Assembly: GCA_964291415.2 (NCBI GenBank)
Contig: OZ219918.1
Location: 1,152,001 to 1,216,000 of the forward strand
DNA: 64,000 bases
Direction: 5' to 3'
Source: Alphaproteobacteria bacterium
GTDB lineage: Bacteria; Pseudomonadota; Alphaproteobacteria; SP197
The notes beneath the pieces are model-generated. The model did not search any database, was not told the origin of the DNA, and saw nothing but the letters and a program-made list of their open reading frames with translations. The translations under genes were made by a program, and so were the position numbers. Below are positions 1 to 9,874 of this stretch, piece by piece. Each line of letters opens with the position of its first letter. The first letter of the stretch is position 1.

Positions 1-36
1 CGTATTTCATATCGATAGGCATCGATATGAAATACG
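1..36. repeat. Perfect 16-bp inverted repeat with 4-nt spacer
   Basis: CGTATTTCATATCGAT-aggc-ATCGATATGAAATACG; the left arm reaches the window edge. Confidence 0.9.
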
Positions 37-237
37 TCACTCTCGTATTCTTGCAGGTTGCTCCATGCGACACCGTCATGAGTTCATGGGGCTGAAGCAC
101 ATGGAGAGAGGTTGAGAAACCTCGGGCGGCCAACCTGATTGGGCGACAAGCCGAACGCCAGGTTGGCCCTTGCAGCTTGTCTGCCGGTGCGATCCCTGTG
201 CGCCGTCATGGGCATGTGTCAATTCAGGAGAGCCAAC

Positions 238-1299
238 ATGAGCAACAAGTCAGCCAAGCCCTTTCTTCAGAGGTCGGGCCTTTCCCTGTCGCGGGTCGCT
301 GCAACCGGTTTGACGTTTTCTTCGATTGTCCTCGCCGGTCTGATTGGATCGGTCCAGCCTTCGACAGCGGACAACGTGGTGCGTTGCGCCTATCCGTTCT
401 GGTTCGGCTTCGCGCCGGCGCCGGTTGCCAACGAAATGGGTTACTTCGCCGAGGAGGGCATCGAATTCGAGGCCGTCTTCGACAACGATCGCGCCAATGT
501 CCTTCCGGGCCTCGAGTCCGGTGACATCAACTGCACCATGCGTACGATGGGCGAACATATCTCTCGCCCCATGAGCGCCGATTCGAACTTGGTCGTCATT
601 GGATTGGTCGACATCTCGGTCGGAGCCGACGGCGTCGTCGGCGCCCCCGGGATCGACTCGGTCGAGGACCTCGTGGGCAAGACCTTCGCGGGCGAGATCA
701 ACCATCCCGGAACCGTGATGACGGCGCACGCCCTGAAGCAGGCGGGATACAGCCTTGACGACGTCAACCTGCGTCTGATCGCAACCGACGACAGCCCGGC
801 CGTTTTCGAGGACCCCGAAGTCGCGGCCGTCGCGTCCTGGGAGCCGATGTTGAGCGAGATCGTGGCGAACACGTCGCGCGAAGGATCGAAGATCCTGCTG
901 TCCTCCAAGGACTTCAACGGCCTGATCACCGATGTGGTCATTGTCAACCGCGACGATTACGAGGCCAACAAGGAGAAGTACGCAGCCTTCATGCGCGGCA
1001 TCTACAGGGCCGTCGATCTCTTCAACTCGGATCCCGACAAGTTCCTGGAACTGGCTGCGCCCGGTTACGACGTGACACCGGAACAGATGGCTGTTGACCT
1101 CGCGGGCGTGTACTACACGTCCTACGAGGATGCCGTCGAGTACTTTGGAACGGACGGTTCGGAACCGAGGCTCAAGCAGATCACCGAAGACCTGACGGCG
1201 ATCAATCTCGATCTGGATCTCATGGACGAGGCCATCCCGTACGAGTTTCTGGTTGACGCGTCCACGACGAAAGACCTGTTCGAAGGTCACACTCGCTGA
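238..1299 (+). CDS. ABC transporter substrate-binding protein (NitT/TauT family)
   Basis: AGGAG RBS before ATG 238; signal peptide; WFGFAP, D.S.GADG and WEP motifs; followed by permease and ATPase. Confidence 0.88.
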   Translation: MSNKSAKPFLQRSGLSLSRVAATGLTFSSIVLAGLIGSVQPSTADNVVRCAYPFWFGFAPAPVANEMGYFAEEGIEFEAVFDNDRANVLPGLESGDINCTMRTMGEHISRPMSADSNLVVIGLVDISVGADGVVGAPGIDSVEDLVGKTFAGEINHPGTVMTAHALKQAGYSLDDVNLRLIATDDSPAVFEDPEVAAVASWEPMLSEIVANTSREGSKILLSSKDFNGLITDVVIVNRDDYEANKEKYAAFMRGIYRAVDLFNSDPDKFLELAAPGYDVTPEQMAVDLAGVYYTSYEDAVEYFGTDGSEPRLKQITEDLTAINLDLDLMDEAIPYEFLVDASTTKDLFEGHTR

Positions 1300-1494
1300 T
1301 CGAATTGCCTGACGACGTTTGTGTCCGGGTTTGTGCGCGTTCTCCAACCGCCATTGCAGACCCGGACACGCCGTCTTTCCGTGCAGGCGGCATGTTGCGC
1401 CTTGTGGAATCCCGGTACCACAGGCTGATGTCGCGCGGCGGCGGTGCGATTCGCCAAGGCTCCGTGGTATGAAGGACTCGAGGGCGGCGGATCA

Positions 1495-2337
1495 ATGGCG
1501 AAGACTGACATAACGGGCTCAGCGGGCCGGGGACGGGCGAGCGGCCCCGGGCAGGCGTTGGGGGCGCTCGTCGCCTATCGCGGCGCGACCGGCGGCCGTG
1601 CGAACCTGACGTTGGGAATCGCCGCGTTCATTCTGTTCATCGCAGTCTGGTACCTCATCGTGTTCACGGGGCTCGTGACGGAGCGGTTTCTTCCGTATCC
1701 GGGCGTCGTCATCGGGACCATGGCGCAGCTTCTGGTGACGGAGAGTTTCCTGAACGACGTCTGGATCTCCGTCGCCCGCGTCTGGGGCGCGTTTCTTCTC
1801 TCGGTCGTCGCCGCCGTACCGATCGGGATCTGGATGAGCAGCTACAGAATCGTCGGTGCATTGGTCGAGCCGATCGTCGACTTCATTCGATACCTGCCGG
1901 TTCCCGCCCTCGTGCCGCTTCTCATCATCTGGTTTGGCATCGGCGAGGCATCCAAGGTGGCGGTGCTCTGGATGGGAACGTTCTTCCAGCTGGTCCTGCT
2001 GATCGCCGATGACGCGAAACGCATTCCGCGGGAGTTCGTCGAGACGGGCTACACGCTGGGTGCCAAGCCCCGCCAGATTACGCGCAGCATCGTCCTTCCG
2101 TCGATGCTGCCCACCATGGTGGACAATCTCAGGATCACGCTCGGCTGGTGCTGGACGTGGATCATCGTTGCCGAGATCGTTGCCGCCAACAGCGGGATCG
2201 GCCACTACATCTGGTCGATGAGGCGCTTCCTGAAGACGCCGGAAGTCATGGCCGGGATTCTGGTGGTCGGCATCATCGGACTGCTCACCGACCAGGCCGT
2301 CCGCATGGCCCATCGGCGGTTGTTCAGGTATCTGTGA
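1495..2337 (+). CDS. ABC transporter permease (NitT/TauT family)
   Basis: Hydrophobic helices; DFIRYLPVPALVPL; EAA-like ETGYTLGA; AEIVAANSGIG. Confidence 0.9.
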   Translation: MAKTDITGSAGRGRASGPGQALGALVAYRGATGGRANLTLGIAAFILFIAVWYLIVFTGLVTERFLPYPGVVIGTMAQLLVTESFLNDVWISVARVWGAFLLSVVAAVPIGIWMSSYRIVGALVEPIVDFIRYLPVPALVPLLIIWFGIGEASKVAVLWMGTFFQLVLLIADDAKRIPREFVETGYTLGAKPRQITRSIVLPSMLPTMVDNLRITLGWCWTWIIVAEIVAANSGIGHYIWSMRRFLKTPEVMAGILVVGIIGLLTDQAVRMAHRRLFRYL

Positions 2338-2345
2338 GGCCGGCC

Positions 2346-3152
2346 ATGACCGCGAACCAGCCCCGGGCCTTCGTCCAGATCCAAAACGTCTTCAAGGAAT
2401 TCGAGACCGAAGGCAAGGGTGCCGCGCCAATTCCCGTGATCGACGGCGTGTCGATGGAGATCCGGGAGGGAGAGTTCGTCGTCTATCTCGGTCCGTCCGG
2501 GTGCGGGAAGACCACCCTGATGCGCATCGTCGGAGGCCTCGAGACCGCGACAACGGGCGACGTGCTCCTGGGCGGCGAGAGGGTCATCGGGCCGGACCGG
2601 CGAAAGGGAATGGTCTTCCAGGCCTACACGTCGTTTCCGTGGCTCACGGTTCTCCAGAACATCAAGTTCGGGACCAAGTATCGCGACGACATCGGTGAGC
2701 CGGAACGCAATGAGATCGCGAATCACTACCTGCAGCTCGTCGGACTCGGGGACTTCGCCGACTTCTACGTCAACCGGATCTCCGGCGGCATGCGGCAACG
2801 GGTCGCCATCGCGCGGACGCTCGCGGCGGCTCCGGACATCCTGCTGATGGACGAGCCGTTCGGCGCCCTCGACGCGCAGACTCGGGATTTCCTTCAAGAG
2901 CAGCTCCTGGAGATATGCCGCGCGGAACGAAAGGCGGTGATCTTCGTCACACACGATGTCGAAGAGGCGGTCTTCCTTGCGGATCGCGTGTTCATGTTTT
3001 CCGCAAGGCCGGCCCGGGTGATCGAGGAGATCGATGTCAATGGGGTCATCGGTGCCGAACGAACGGCGGACACGAAGGAAACAGATGCCTTCTTTCGTCT
3101 GAGGAATCACGTCCGCGACTTGATGCGGGACCAGGCCAGGGCGATTGCATGA
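2346..3152 (+). CDS. ABC transporter ATP-binding protein
   Basis: GPSGCGKT, ISGGMRQR, LLMDEPFGALD, VTHD. Confidence 0.93.
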   Translation: MTANQPRAFVQIQNVFKEFETEGKGAAPIPVIDGVSMEIREGEFVVYLGPSGCGKTTLMRIVGGLETATTGDVLLGGERVIGPDRRKGMVFQAYTSFPWLTVLQNIKFGTKYRDDIGEPERNEIANHYLQLVGLGDFADFYVNRISGGMRQRVAIARTLAAAPDILLMDEPFGALDAQTRDFLQEQLLEICRAERKAVIFVTHDVEEAVFLADRVFMFSARPARVIEEIDVNGVIGAERTADTKETDAFFRLRNHVRDLMRDQARAIA

Positions 3153-3955
3153 CGATGCCACGGCCCGGCGAGCCCGGTACGGCGAGCTTCGATTTCTCCG
3201 GCCGCCGCGTTCTCGTCACGGGCGCAAGCCGGGGCATCGGGTTGGGCGTGGCGGAAGGGTTCGTTGCCGCCGGAGCCGACGTCACCATCCTGGCCATTGA
3301 CGACGAAGTCGAGGAAACGGCGAGGATGCTCGCCGGTCTTCATGGCCGGGAGGTCGGCGCGATTGTGTGCGACATCGCAAGTCAGGACGAGGTCCGTGCC
3401 GCACTGGCACCGTTCGAATGGATCGACGTCCTCGTCAACAATGCGGGGTTGGAGCTTGTGACGCCGATGACCGACTGCTCCGAGGAGACGGTCTCGGCCT
3501 TCGAGAGGATCGTCGAGGTCAATGTTCTGGGGACGTACCACGTAACTCGATCGGTGCTCCCCAAGATGGGGCCTGGAGGGCGAATCATCATCACCTCATC
3601 CATGTGGGGAAAGACGGCGGTTGCCGAATTCAGCGCCTATAGTTCGTCCAAGCATGCGAACATCGGATTCATGCGCAGTCTCGCCAGGGAACTCGGACCG
3701 CGCGGAATCAGCGTGAACGCTGTGTGTCCCGGCTGGGTTCGCACCGCGGCGGCGATGCGCTCTCTCTCGGTCATGGCAAGACGCCAGGGAAGGGAGGAAG
3801 GCGAACTCCTTCAGGAGATCGTTGATGCACAGGCTGTCGAGGGGTTGATGGAGCCCGAAGACATGGCCATGACCTACCTCTTTCTCGCTTCCGATGCGGC
3901 GAGGAACATCACGGGACAGGCCATCAGCGTGGATCGCGGAGATTTCATCGGATGA
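3149..3955 (+). CDS. Short-chain dehydrogenase/reductase
   Basis: ATGA overlap; TGASRGIG, NNAG, YSSSK. Confidence 0.9.
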   Translation: MTMPRPGEPGTASFDFSGRRVLVTGASRGIGLGVAEGFVAAGADVTILAIDDEVEETARMLAGLHGREVGAIVCDIASQDEVRAALAPFEWIDVLVNNAGLELVTPMTDCSEETVSAFERIVEVNVLGTYHVTRSVLPKMGPGGRIIITSSMWGKTAVAEFSAYSSSKHANIGFMRSLARELGPRGISVNAVCPGWVRTAAAMRSLSVMARRQGREEGELLQEIVDAQAVEGLMEPEDMAMTYLFLASDAARNITGQAISVDRGDFIG

Positions 3956-4698
3956 GTGCAGTCCTTGGCGGAAAAGTGGCGTTCGTCACCGGGGTCTCGA
4001 GCGGCATCGGCGCCGCTGCCGCCCACGCCCTGGCCGACGCCGGCGCCCGCGTCTTCGGCTGCGACCTCAAGCCGTCGGAGGGGACGTGTGATGCCGTGCG
4101 TGCTCGTGGTGGCGACATGGTGGGATACCGGGGCGACGTCAGCGTCGAGGACGACGTGGTGAGGGCGATCGGGGCGTGTCTCGATGCCTTCGGCGCACCG
4201 GACATTGCGGTGAACTGCGCCGGTACGGCACACGAGTGTCCGACGCTGGATGAATCCGTGGAAGACTTCGATCGCGTCGTCGCGGTCAACCTGAGGGGAA
4301 CGTTTCTGTCCGGGCGGGAAGCGATTCGCCAGATGCTGTCGCATGGCAAGGGCGGCCGGGTCGTGAACATCGCATCCGATCTGGGCTATCTGGGGCGGGC
4401 CGGATACGGGAGCTACTGCGCTTCCAAGGGGGCTGTTCTGAGCCTGACCCGCTCCTGGGCCAGGGAGTTCGCGCCGCACATCCTGGTCAACTGCGTGGCG
4501 CCAGGTCCGATCGATACGCCGATGCTCGGACCGGAGTTCATGTCGCCGGAAGTCCGGGCAAGCGAAACCGCAATCCCTCTCGCCCGGATCGGTTCGGTCG
4601 AGGAGGTCGCTGCGGCGATCGTGTTCCTGAGCGGGCCCGGCGCCACATTCATGACCGGCCAGACGATCGGCCCGAACGGCGGTTCGGTCATGCCCTAG
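3952..4698 (+). CDS. Short-chain dehydrogenase/reductase
   Basis: ATGA overlap; TGVSSGIG, NCAG, YCASK. Confidence 0.92.
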   Translation: MSAVLGGKVAFVTGVSSGIGAAAAHALADAGARVFGCDLKPSEGTCDAVRARGGDMVGYRGDVSVEDDVVRAIGACLDAFGAPDIAVNCAGTAHECPTLDESVEDFDRVVAVNLRGTFLSGREAIRQMLSHGKGGRVVNIASDLGYLGRAGYGSYCASKGAVLSLTRSWAREFAPHILVNCVAPGPIDTPMLGPEFMSPEVRASETAIPLARIGSVEEVAAAIVFLSGPGATFMTGQTIGPNGGSVMP

Positions 4699-5014
4699 GG
4701 GCTGTGGATGCAGAACGTCCAGTGTTGGAGAGGACGTTTTCTTCGAATGACCCCGAGCCACCGGCGAACAGCTTCCTCTGGAGCGTCGAGGACAGCGTAG
4801 TGATATGTGAAGGCTCGGCGGAACGCCTGTCGCGTTGCCAGTAGCGACACCCACACAGTGTCTTCAAACGTCGAAACATTCAGAGCGTTAGCCCTGAGTG
4901 CGGCTGGAACGTCGGGTTCGTCCTGGAATCCTGCCCACGGACTCTGCTCGTCCTTTGGACTGAGTGTTGCACATGGGCGAGTATCGAAACCGGACCAGTC
5001 GGTGGGAGCCGATC

Positions 5015-5836
5015 ATGAGCAGGAACCTGGTTGTTGTTGCGACCATCAGTGTGTTGGCGTTGGCGGGTTGCCGGTCCATGGGAGTCATCGAGTCGGACGC
5101 TGGTCAGCATTACACCGCTGGTGACGCGAAGATCCGGTTCACCATGAGGTCACCATCAGGCGAGGGACCCTATCCCGCGGCGATCCTGATGCACGGCTGC
5201 AGTGGCCTTGGCGGCGCCGTGGGACGGGGCATGGCGCTCCATGCCGACCACCTGGTCGACGCAGGCTTCCACGCATTGATCCTGGACAGCTTCACGTCGC
5301 GCGGGATCAATTCGACCTGTACGTCGTTGAGCAGGGCAGCCGAATCATCGCTGTTTCGTCAGTACGACGCGGTTCATGCCTTGCGGCACCTGCAGGGCTT
5401 GCCCGACGTCGATCCGGAGAATGTGTTCCTGATGGGTCAGAGCGAGGGCGGAGGAGTCGCGGCCAAGCTTGCCGCCCACCCCCTGTCCTCGATCGTCAAG
5501 GGTGACTCGCTCGTCGATGCTTCAGGACAGCCCTGGTTTGCGGCGATCGTTGCGTACTACCCGTGGTGTCCGCATGTTCCGATCTGGCTCGACACGCCCC
5601 TGCTCGTACTCTCCGGTGAAGAGGACGACTGGACACCGTCACTGGGCTGCTTCTGGCACAAGGCGGTGGTGAAGGGGGCACCGTACGACGTCAAGATCTA
5701 CGAGGATGCCCATCACAGTTTCGATCTGCCGATGCCGGTGCAGCGCTACGTCGGTTACACCGTCGGAGGGCATCCGGCGGCCGCGGCCGATTCGCGGACC
5801 AGGATGATCGCCTGGTTTCGCGAACACATGCGATAG
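5015..5836 (+). CDS. Dienelactone hydrolase-family lipoprotein (alpha/beta hydrolase)
   Basis: Lipobox LAGC; MHGCSG, GQSEGG nucleophile, EDDWT, HHSFD. Confidence 0.82.
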   Translation: MSRNLVVVATISVLALAGCRSMGVIESDAGQHYTAGDAKIRFTMRSPSGEGPYPAAILMHGCSGLGGAVGRGMALHADHLVDAGFHALILDSFTSRGINSTCTSLSRAAESSLFRQYDAVHALRHLQGLPDVDPENVFLMGQSEGGGVAAKLAAHPLSSIVKGDSLVDASGQPWFAAIVAYYPWCPHVPIWLDTPLLVLSGEEDDWTPSLGCFWHKAVVKGAPYDVKIYEDAHHSFDLPMPVQRYVGYTVGGHPAAAADSRTRMIAWFREHMR

Positions 5837-5969
5837 ATCAGCGTCACAGGACATTCCGGCATTGGCCACGCTCCATCGGGAACGGAGAGCCCGGCAAGTT
5901 GTCGGTGACCATGGGATCCGTTCTTCCGCGCGCTCTTCCTTCCGAAATCGGGAAAAGGGGCGCCATGTG

Positions 5970-6743
5970 TCACCGGAAGAGTGTCTCTTGAAGGCGTCTG
6001 GCGCCCTCGTGGAGTATGTCGACCCGCGCGACCGCGGCCTCAAGAGACAGTCTCTGAACAGGACCGTGAATGGCGATGGCTGCCGTCCAGACGTTGTCAG
6101 GACTGAAGACCGGCACGGCGACGGCATTCATGCCTTCAATGAATTCTTCACGATCAAGAGCATAGTTGTTCCGGCGAATTTCCCTGACATCAGCAAGAAG
6201 CGATGACGGTTCGACACGGGTGTTCGCCGTCAGTCGGGTGAGTGTGAGAGCGTCGACGAAGGCCCTGCACTCCGGTTCCGGAAGGCTGGCCATGAACATC
6301 TTGCCGCTGGCGGTGCAGTGGAAGGGTACGTCGGTGCCGACCGGCAGCTGGATGCGGAGCGGCCAGTCAGCCTCAACGCGGTCGAGATACCGCATGCCCT
6401 GCTCTTCGGCGACGACGAAGTTGACCGTCTCGCGGACCTCCGCGGCGATCCCCTGGAGTACCTGGTGACGTGCGATGTGGGCGCTGGATGCGTGCAGAAG
6501 GCCTGAACTGAGAGAGCGCAAACGCCGACCTGGCCGGAGTCTCCCGCTGCTGCGGTCACGAACCACGTAGCCTTCGGCTTCCAGCGTCTTGCACAACCTG
6601 TGGACGGTCGCCTTCGGCAGGTCGATCTCACGGTTGATTTCGGCCGGTGTCAGCGCTTCGTCGCTCCGTCCGATGATCTCGATGATCCTCAGCATTCGGA
6701 GATTGGTCGGAATGCGTTGCCCGTGTGCATCGGCGTTTGTCAA
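5970..6743 (-). CDS. IclR family transcriptional regulator
   Basis: HTH LPKATVHRL; PFHCTASGK; REEFIEGMNAVAVPV. Confidence 0.93.
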   Translation of the reverse strand: MTNADAHGQRIPTNLRMLRIIEIIGRSDEALTPAEINREIDLPKATVHRLCKTLEAEGYVVRDRSSGRLRPGRRLRSLSSGLLHASSAHIARHQVLQGIAAEVRETVNFVVAEEQGMRYLDRVEADWPLRIQLPVGTDVPFHCTASGKMFMASLPEPECRAFVDALTLTRLTANTRVEPSSLLADVREIRRNNYALDREEFIEGMNAVAVPVFSPDNVWTAAIAIHGPVQRLSLEAAVARVDILHEGARRLQETLFR

Positions 6744-6808
6744 GGATCCGACTCTCCGCGATCGCCGCTTGTGCTATCGAACAATGTCATTGTGCTAATG
6801 CCCCAGAA

Positions 6809-6829
6809 ATTGATACGATTGGTCTCAAT
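6809..6829. promoter_or_regulatory. Candidate IclR operator in divergent promoter
   Basis: Imperfect palindrome ATTGATAC-gattg-GTCTCAAT just upstream of the GMC start; ACAATG-t-CATTGT at 6781-6793. Confidence 0.45.
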
Positions 6830-6837
6830 AATCAAGT

Positions 6838-8451
6838 ATGGCAAGCATGGAGTTCGACTTCGTCATCGTTGGAGCCGGTTCCGCCGGTTGCGTCCTTGCC
6901 AACCGCCTCACTGCGGATGGCCGCTACCGTGTTGCTCTCATCGAGGCAGGCGGACGCGACAGCAGTCCGTGGATTCACATCCCGGTGGGCTACTTCAAGA
7001 CCATGGACAATCCCCGGACCGACTGGCGCTACCGCACGGCTCCCGATCATGGTCTCAACGGCCGATCGATTCCATGGCCACGCGGAAAGGTGCTCGGAGG
7101 ATCGAGTTCGATCAACGGTCTTCTCTACGTTCGCGGTCAGGCCGAGGACTACAACCATTGGCGCCAGCTTGGAAACGAGGGCTGGTCCTGGGACGATGTC
7201 CTGCCGTACTTCCGGCGCGCCGAAAGCTGGCAGGGCCCGCGGCTCGGCACCGATGATACCCGTGGCAGAAAGGGCCCGCTCGTGGTCTCTCCTTCGGGAG
7301 TGAGGCGCGAAATTGTCGATTTGTGGATGGAGGCCGCGGTCGCGGCCGGCTATTGCCGCAATCCCGACTACAATGATGGTGATCAGGAAGGCGTCGGCTA
7401 CGTGCAGCAGACGGTCGTGAGGGGACGCCGGTGCAGTACTGCCGTTGCCTACCTGCGTCCCGCCAGGAAGCGGCGGAACCTCGAGATCTTCGTCAAGACG
7501 CTTGTAGAGCGCCTGGTGTTCGTTGATGGCCGCGTGTCTGGCCTGAAGGTGGTGTCGGGAGACAGAAGGCTCGACATCACAGTGCGTCGCGAAGTGGTCC
7601 TGTGCGCCGGTGCGATCGGCTCGCCCCAGATCCTGATGCTCTCGGGCGTCGGCGAGGGCGAAGAGCTTCAACGCCACGGAATTGGCGTCAGGCGCGAACT
7701 CGCCGGTGTTGGCAGGAACCTCCAGGATCACCTGCAGGCGCGCCCCGTGTTTCGGACCGATCTGTCGACGGTCAACGTCGAGACCGACAACATCTTCAGG
7801 CAGGCCAGGATCGCCTTGAGATATCTGCTGAAGCGGGACGGTCCGATGTCGATGGCCGCCAGTCTTGGAACCGGTTTCCTCAAGACATGCTCCGGCCTGG
7901 CCACACCCGATATCCAGTTTCATATCCAGCCATTCAGCGCCGACAGCCTGACCGAAGGAACGCACCGGTTCTCTGCCTTTACGTCATCGGTCACCCAACT
8001 GCGTCCCGAGAGCCGGGGAGAGATTCGCCTCAGCACGCCAAACATACATGATCATCCGGAGATTCATCCCAACTACCTCGCGACCGACAACGACTGTCGG
8101 ACCATCGTCGAGGGCATCCGGATTGCCAGACGGATCAGTCGCTGCGAGCCGCTGAAGTCCCGGATTACCGGAGAACATGCCCCGGGCGACGATGTTCCGC
8201 TCGATGATGATGAGGCCATACTCGAGTGGGCGCGCAACACGTCAACGACGATCTATCATCCGTCGGGAACCTGCAAGATGGGCCGCGACCCCATGGCGGT
8301 GGTCAACCCGCGCCTCAATGTGCACGGCGTCGAAGGACTTCGGGTGGCCGACGCATCGATCATGCCGACCCTGGTCTCAGGCAACACGAATGCACCTGCT
8401 GTCATGATCGGCGAGAAGGCATCCGCCATGATTCTCGAGGATGCAAGTTGA
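6838..8451 (+). CDS. GMC oxidoreductase (choline dehydrogenase-like)
   Basis: GAGSAG, PRGKVLGGSSSING, NLQDH, YHPSGTC, GNTNAP. Confidence 0.93.
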   Translation: MASMEFDFVIVGAGSAGCVLANRLTADGRYRVALIEAGGRDSSPWIHIPVGYFKTMDNPRTDWRYRTAPDHGLNGRSIPWPRGKVLGGSSSINGLLYVRGQAEDYNHWRQLGNEGWSWDDVLPYFRRAESWQGPRLGTDDTRGRKGPLVVSPSGVRREIVDLWMEAAVAAGYCRNPDYNDGDQEGVGYVQQTVVRGRRCSTAVAYLRPARKRRNLEIFVKTLVERLVFVDGRVSGLKVVSGDRRLDITVRREVVLCAGAIGSPQILMLSGVGEGEELQRHGIGVRRELAGVGRNLQDHLQARPVFRTDLSTVNVETDNIFRQARIALRYLLKRDGPMSMAASLGTGFLKTCSGLATPDIQFHIQPFSADSLTEGTHRFSAFTSSVTQLRPESRGEIRLSTPNIHDHPEIHPNYLATDNDCRTIVEGIRIARRISRCEPLKSRITGEHAPGDDVPLDDDEAILEWARNTSTTIYHPSGTCKMGRDPMAVVNPRLNVHGVEGLRVADASIMPTLVSGNTNAPAVMIGEKASAMILEDAS

Positions 8452-8651
8452 TGAACGGCCACGTCAGCCCCGCACCGCTTGCCTTCGGCTCGTCGCGATG
8501 CGGGCCTGACCGCGCTGACAGAACACCGGCCGGAGACGTTACTGGCGAACTTGCCGGAAACGACTCCGGGCGACTGTATGCACCGGCTCCTTCGCCTTCG
8601 CAGCCGGCGCAAGACGCAAGAAGAAGGCACCAACTATTGGGGAGCAGTTGA

Positions 8652-9761
8652 ATGTTCGACATGAAAGGAAAGGCGGGAGCAGCGGCTGCAGCCGTTTCGC
8701 TTGCCGCAGTCCTGTGCGCAACCACTGCGGTCGCACAGACAACAATCCGCGTTCAGTCGGTGATTCCGGCCACGGCCGACGAAGTCGTCATGCTGAAGGA
8801 CTTCGGCGCGGATGTGGCCGCCTTGACCAACGGCGAAGTGATCATCGAGGTTCTCCCGGCAGGTGCTGTCGTGGGCGTCAAGGAGACACTGGACGCCGTG
8901 GATGCGGGCCTGATCGAGGGTGGTTTCGCGTGGACCCACTACTGGTCCGGCAAGCATCCGGCCGCCATGCTGTTCGGCTCACCAGTGGCAGGGGCCGGGG
9001 TCGGAATCGACAACATCGCCTTCCTGAGCTGGTTCCAGTTCGGTGGCGGCAAGGAACTCTATGATCGTCTCTGGGACGAGATGGGAGTCAACGTCAAGGG
9101 CTTCATGTTGCAGCCCGTGGGGCCCGAAGCCCTCGGTTGGTTCAAGGAACCGATCAATTCGATGGATGATTTCCGCCAGTACCGCTTCCGTACGCCCCCG
9201 GGTATTCCCGGTCAGACCTACAAGGACATCGGCGTGGCGTCCGTGGCCATGGGGGGCGGCGACATCCTTCCGGCGCTCGAGGCCGGCACCATCGATGCCG
9301 CGGAATGGTGCTGCCCGAAGCCTGATTCCGTGTTCGGATTCCAGAAAGTCCTCAAGCACTACTACCTGCAGGGTCTGCACCAGGTGGTTGTCAATGCGGA
9401 CATCTACATCAACGGCGATGTCTATGATTCATTGACAGAGCATCAGAAGAAAGCGCTGGAAGTAGCGGCAAACGCGTCACTTTCAAAGGCAATGTCGTAT
9501 CGGATCTACGAGAACGGCAAGGCATTGAAGGACCTGGTCGAAAACCATGGCGTGATTCTTCACGACACCCCTGCGGACTATTTCCCCGCGTACATGAACG
9601 CTGCCAGGGCAAGTCTTGAGAAGAACGCCGAGGAGAACGCGTTCTTTGCCGAGGTGTGGCAGAGCCAGAAGGACTTTGCCGCAATTGCAGTTCCATTCTG
9701 GGCAGGGGCCCAGGCGTCGAATGCAAGCCTTGGCAAGGCATTTGCAGACAGTCTGAAGTAG
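8652..9761 (+). CDS. dctP: TRAP transporter substrate-binding protein
   Basis: Signal peptide; LPAGAVV, HYWSGK, FRTPPG, GTIDAAEW; next to a DctQM fusion. Confidence 0.9.
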   Translation: MFDMKGKAGAAAAAVSLAAVLCATTAVAQTTIRVQSVIPATADEVVMLKDFGADVAALTNGEVIIEVLPAGAVVGVKETLDAVDAGLIEGGFAWTHYWSGKHPAAMLFGSPVAGAGVGIDNIAFLSWFQFGGGKELYDRLWDEMGVNVKGFMLQPVGPEALGWFKEPINSMDDFRQYRFRTPPGIPGQTYKDIGVASVAMGGGDILPALEAGTIDAAEWCCPKPDSVFGFQKVLKHYYLQGLHQVVVNADIYINGDVYDSLTEHQKKALEVAANASLSKAMSYRIYENGKALKDLVENHGVILHDTPADYFPAYMNAARASLEKNAEENAFFAEVWQSQKDFAAIAVPFWAGAQASNASLGKAFADSLK

Positions 9762-9776
9762 AATCTGTCTGAAGAG

Positions 9777-9807
9777 CATCCGGTCGCGGTGACACCGCGA
9801 CCGGATG
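9777..9807 (+). terminator. Strong hairpin after dctP (mRNA stabiliser or attenuator)
   Basis: CATCCGGTCGCGGTG-a-CACCGCGACCGGATG, 15-bp arms, no U-tract. Confidence 0.6.
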
Positions 9808-9874
9808 TCGCGCCCATCCGTATGCCGCAACAGGCAAACGGGCGCAGTCCACGCGGTCAGGAGGGAACGGCGCG

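Noticed and set aside
4758-4812. Faint similarity to the IclR 3' end (5970-6022), a possible fourth duplication around the hydrolase gene
   Set aside because: Too short and degenerate to support by eye.
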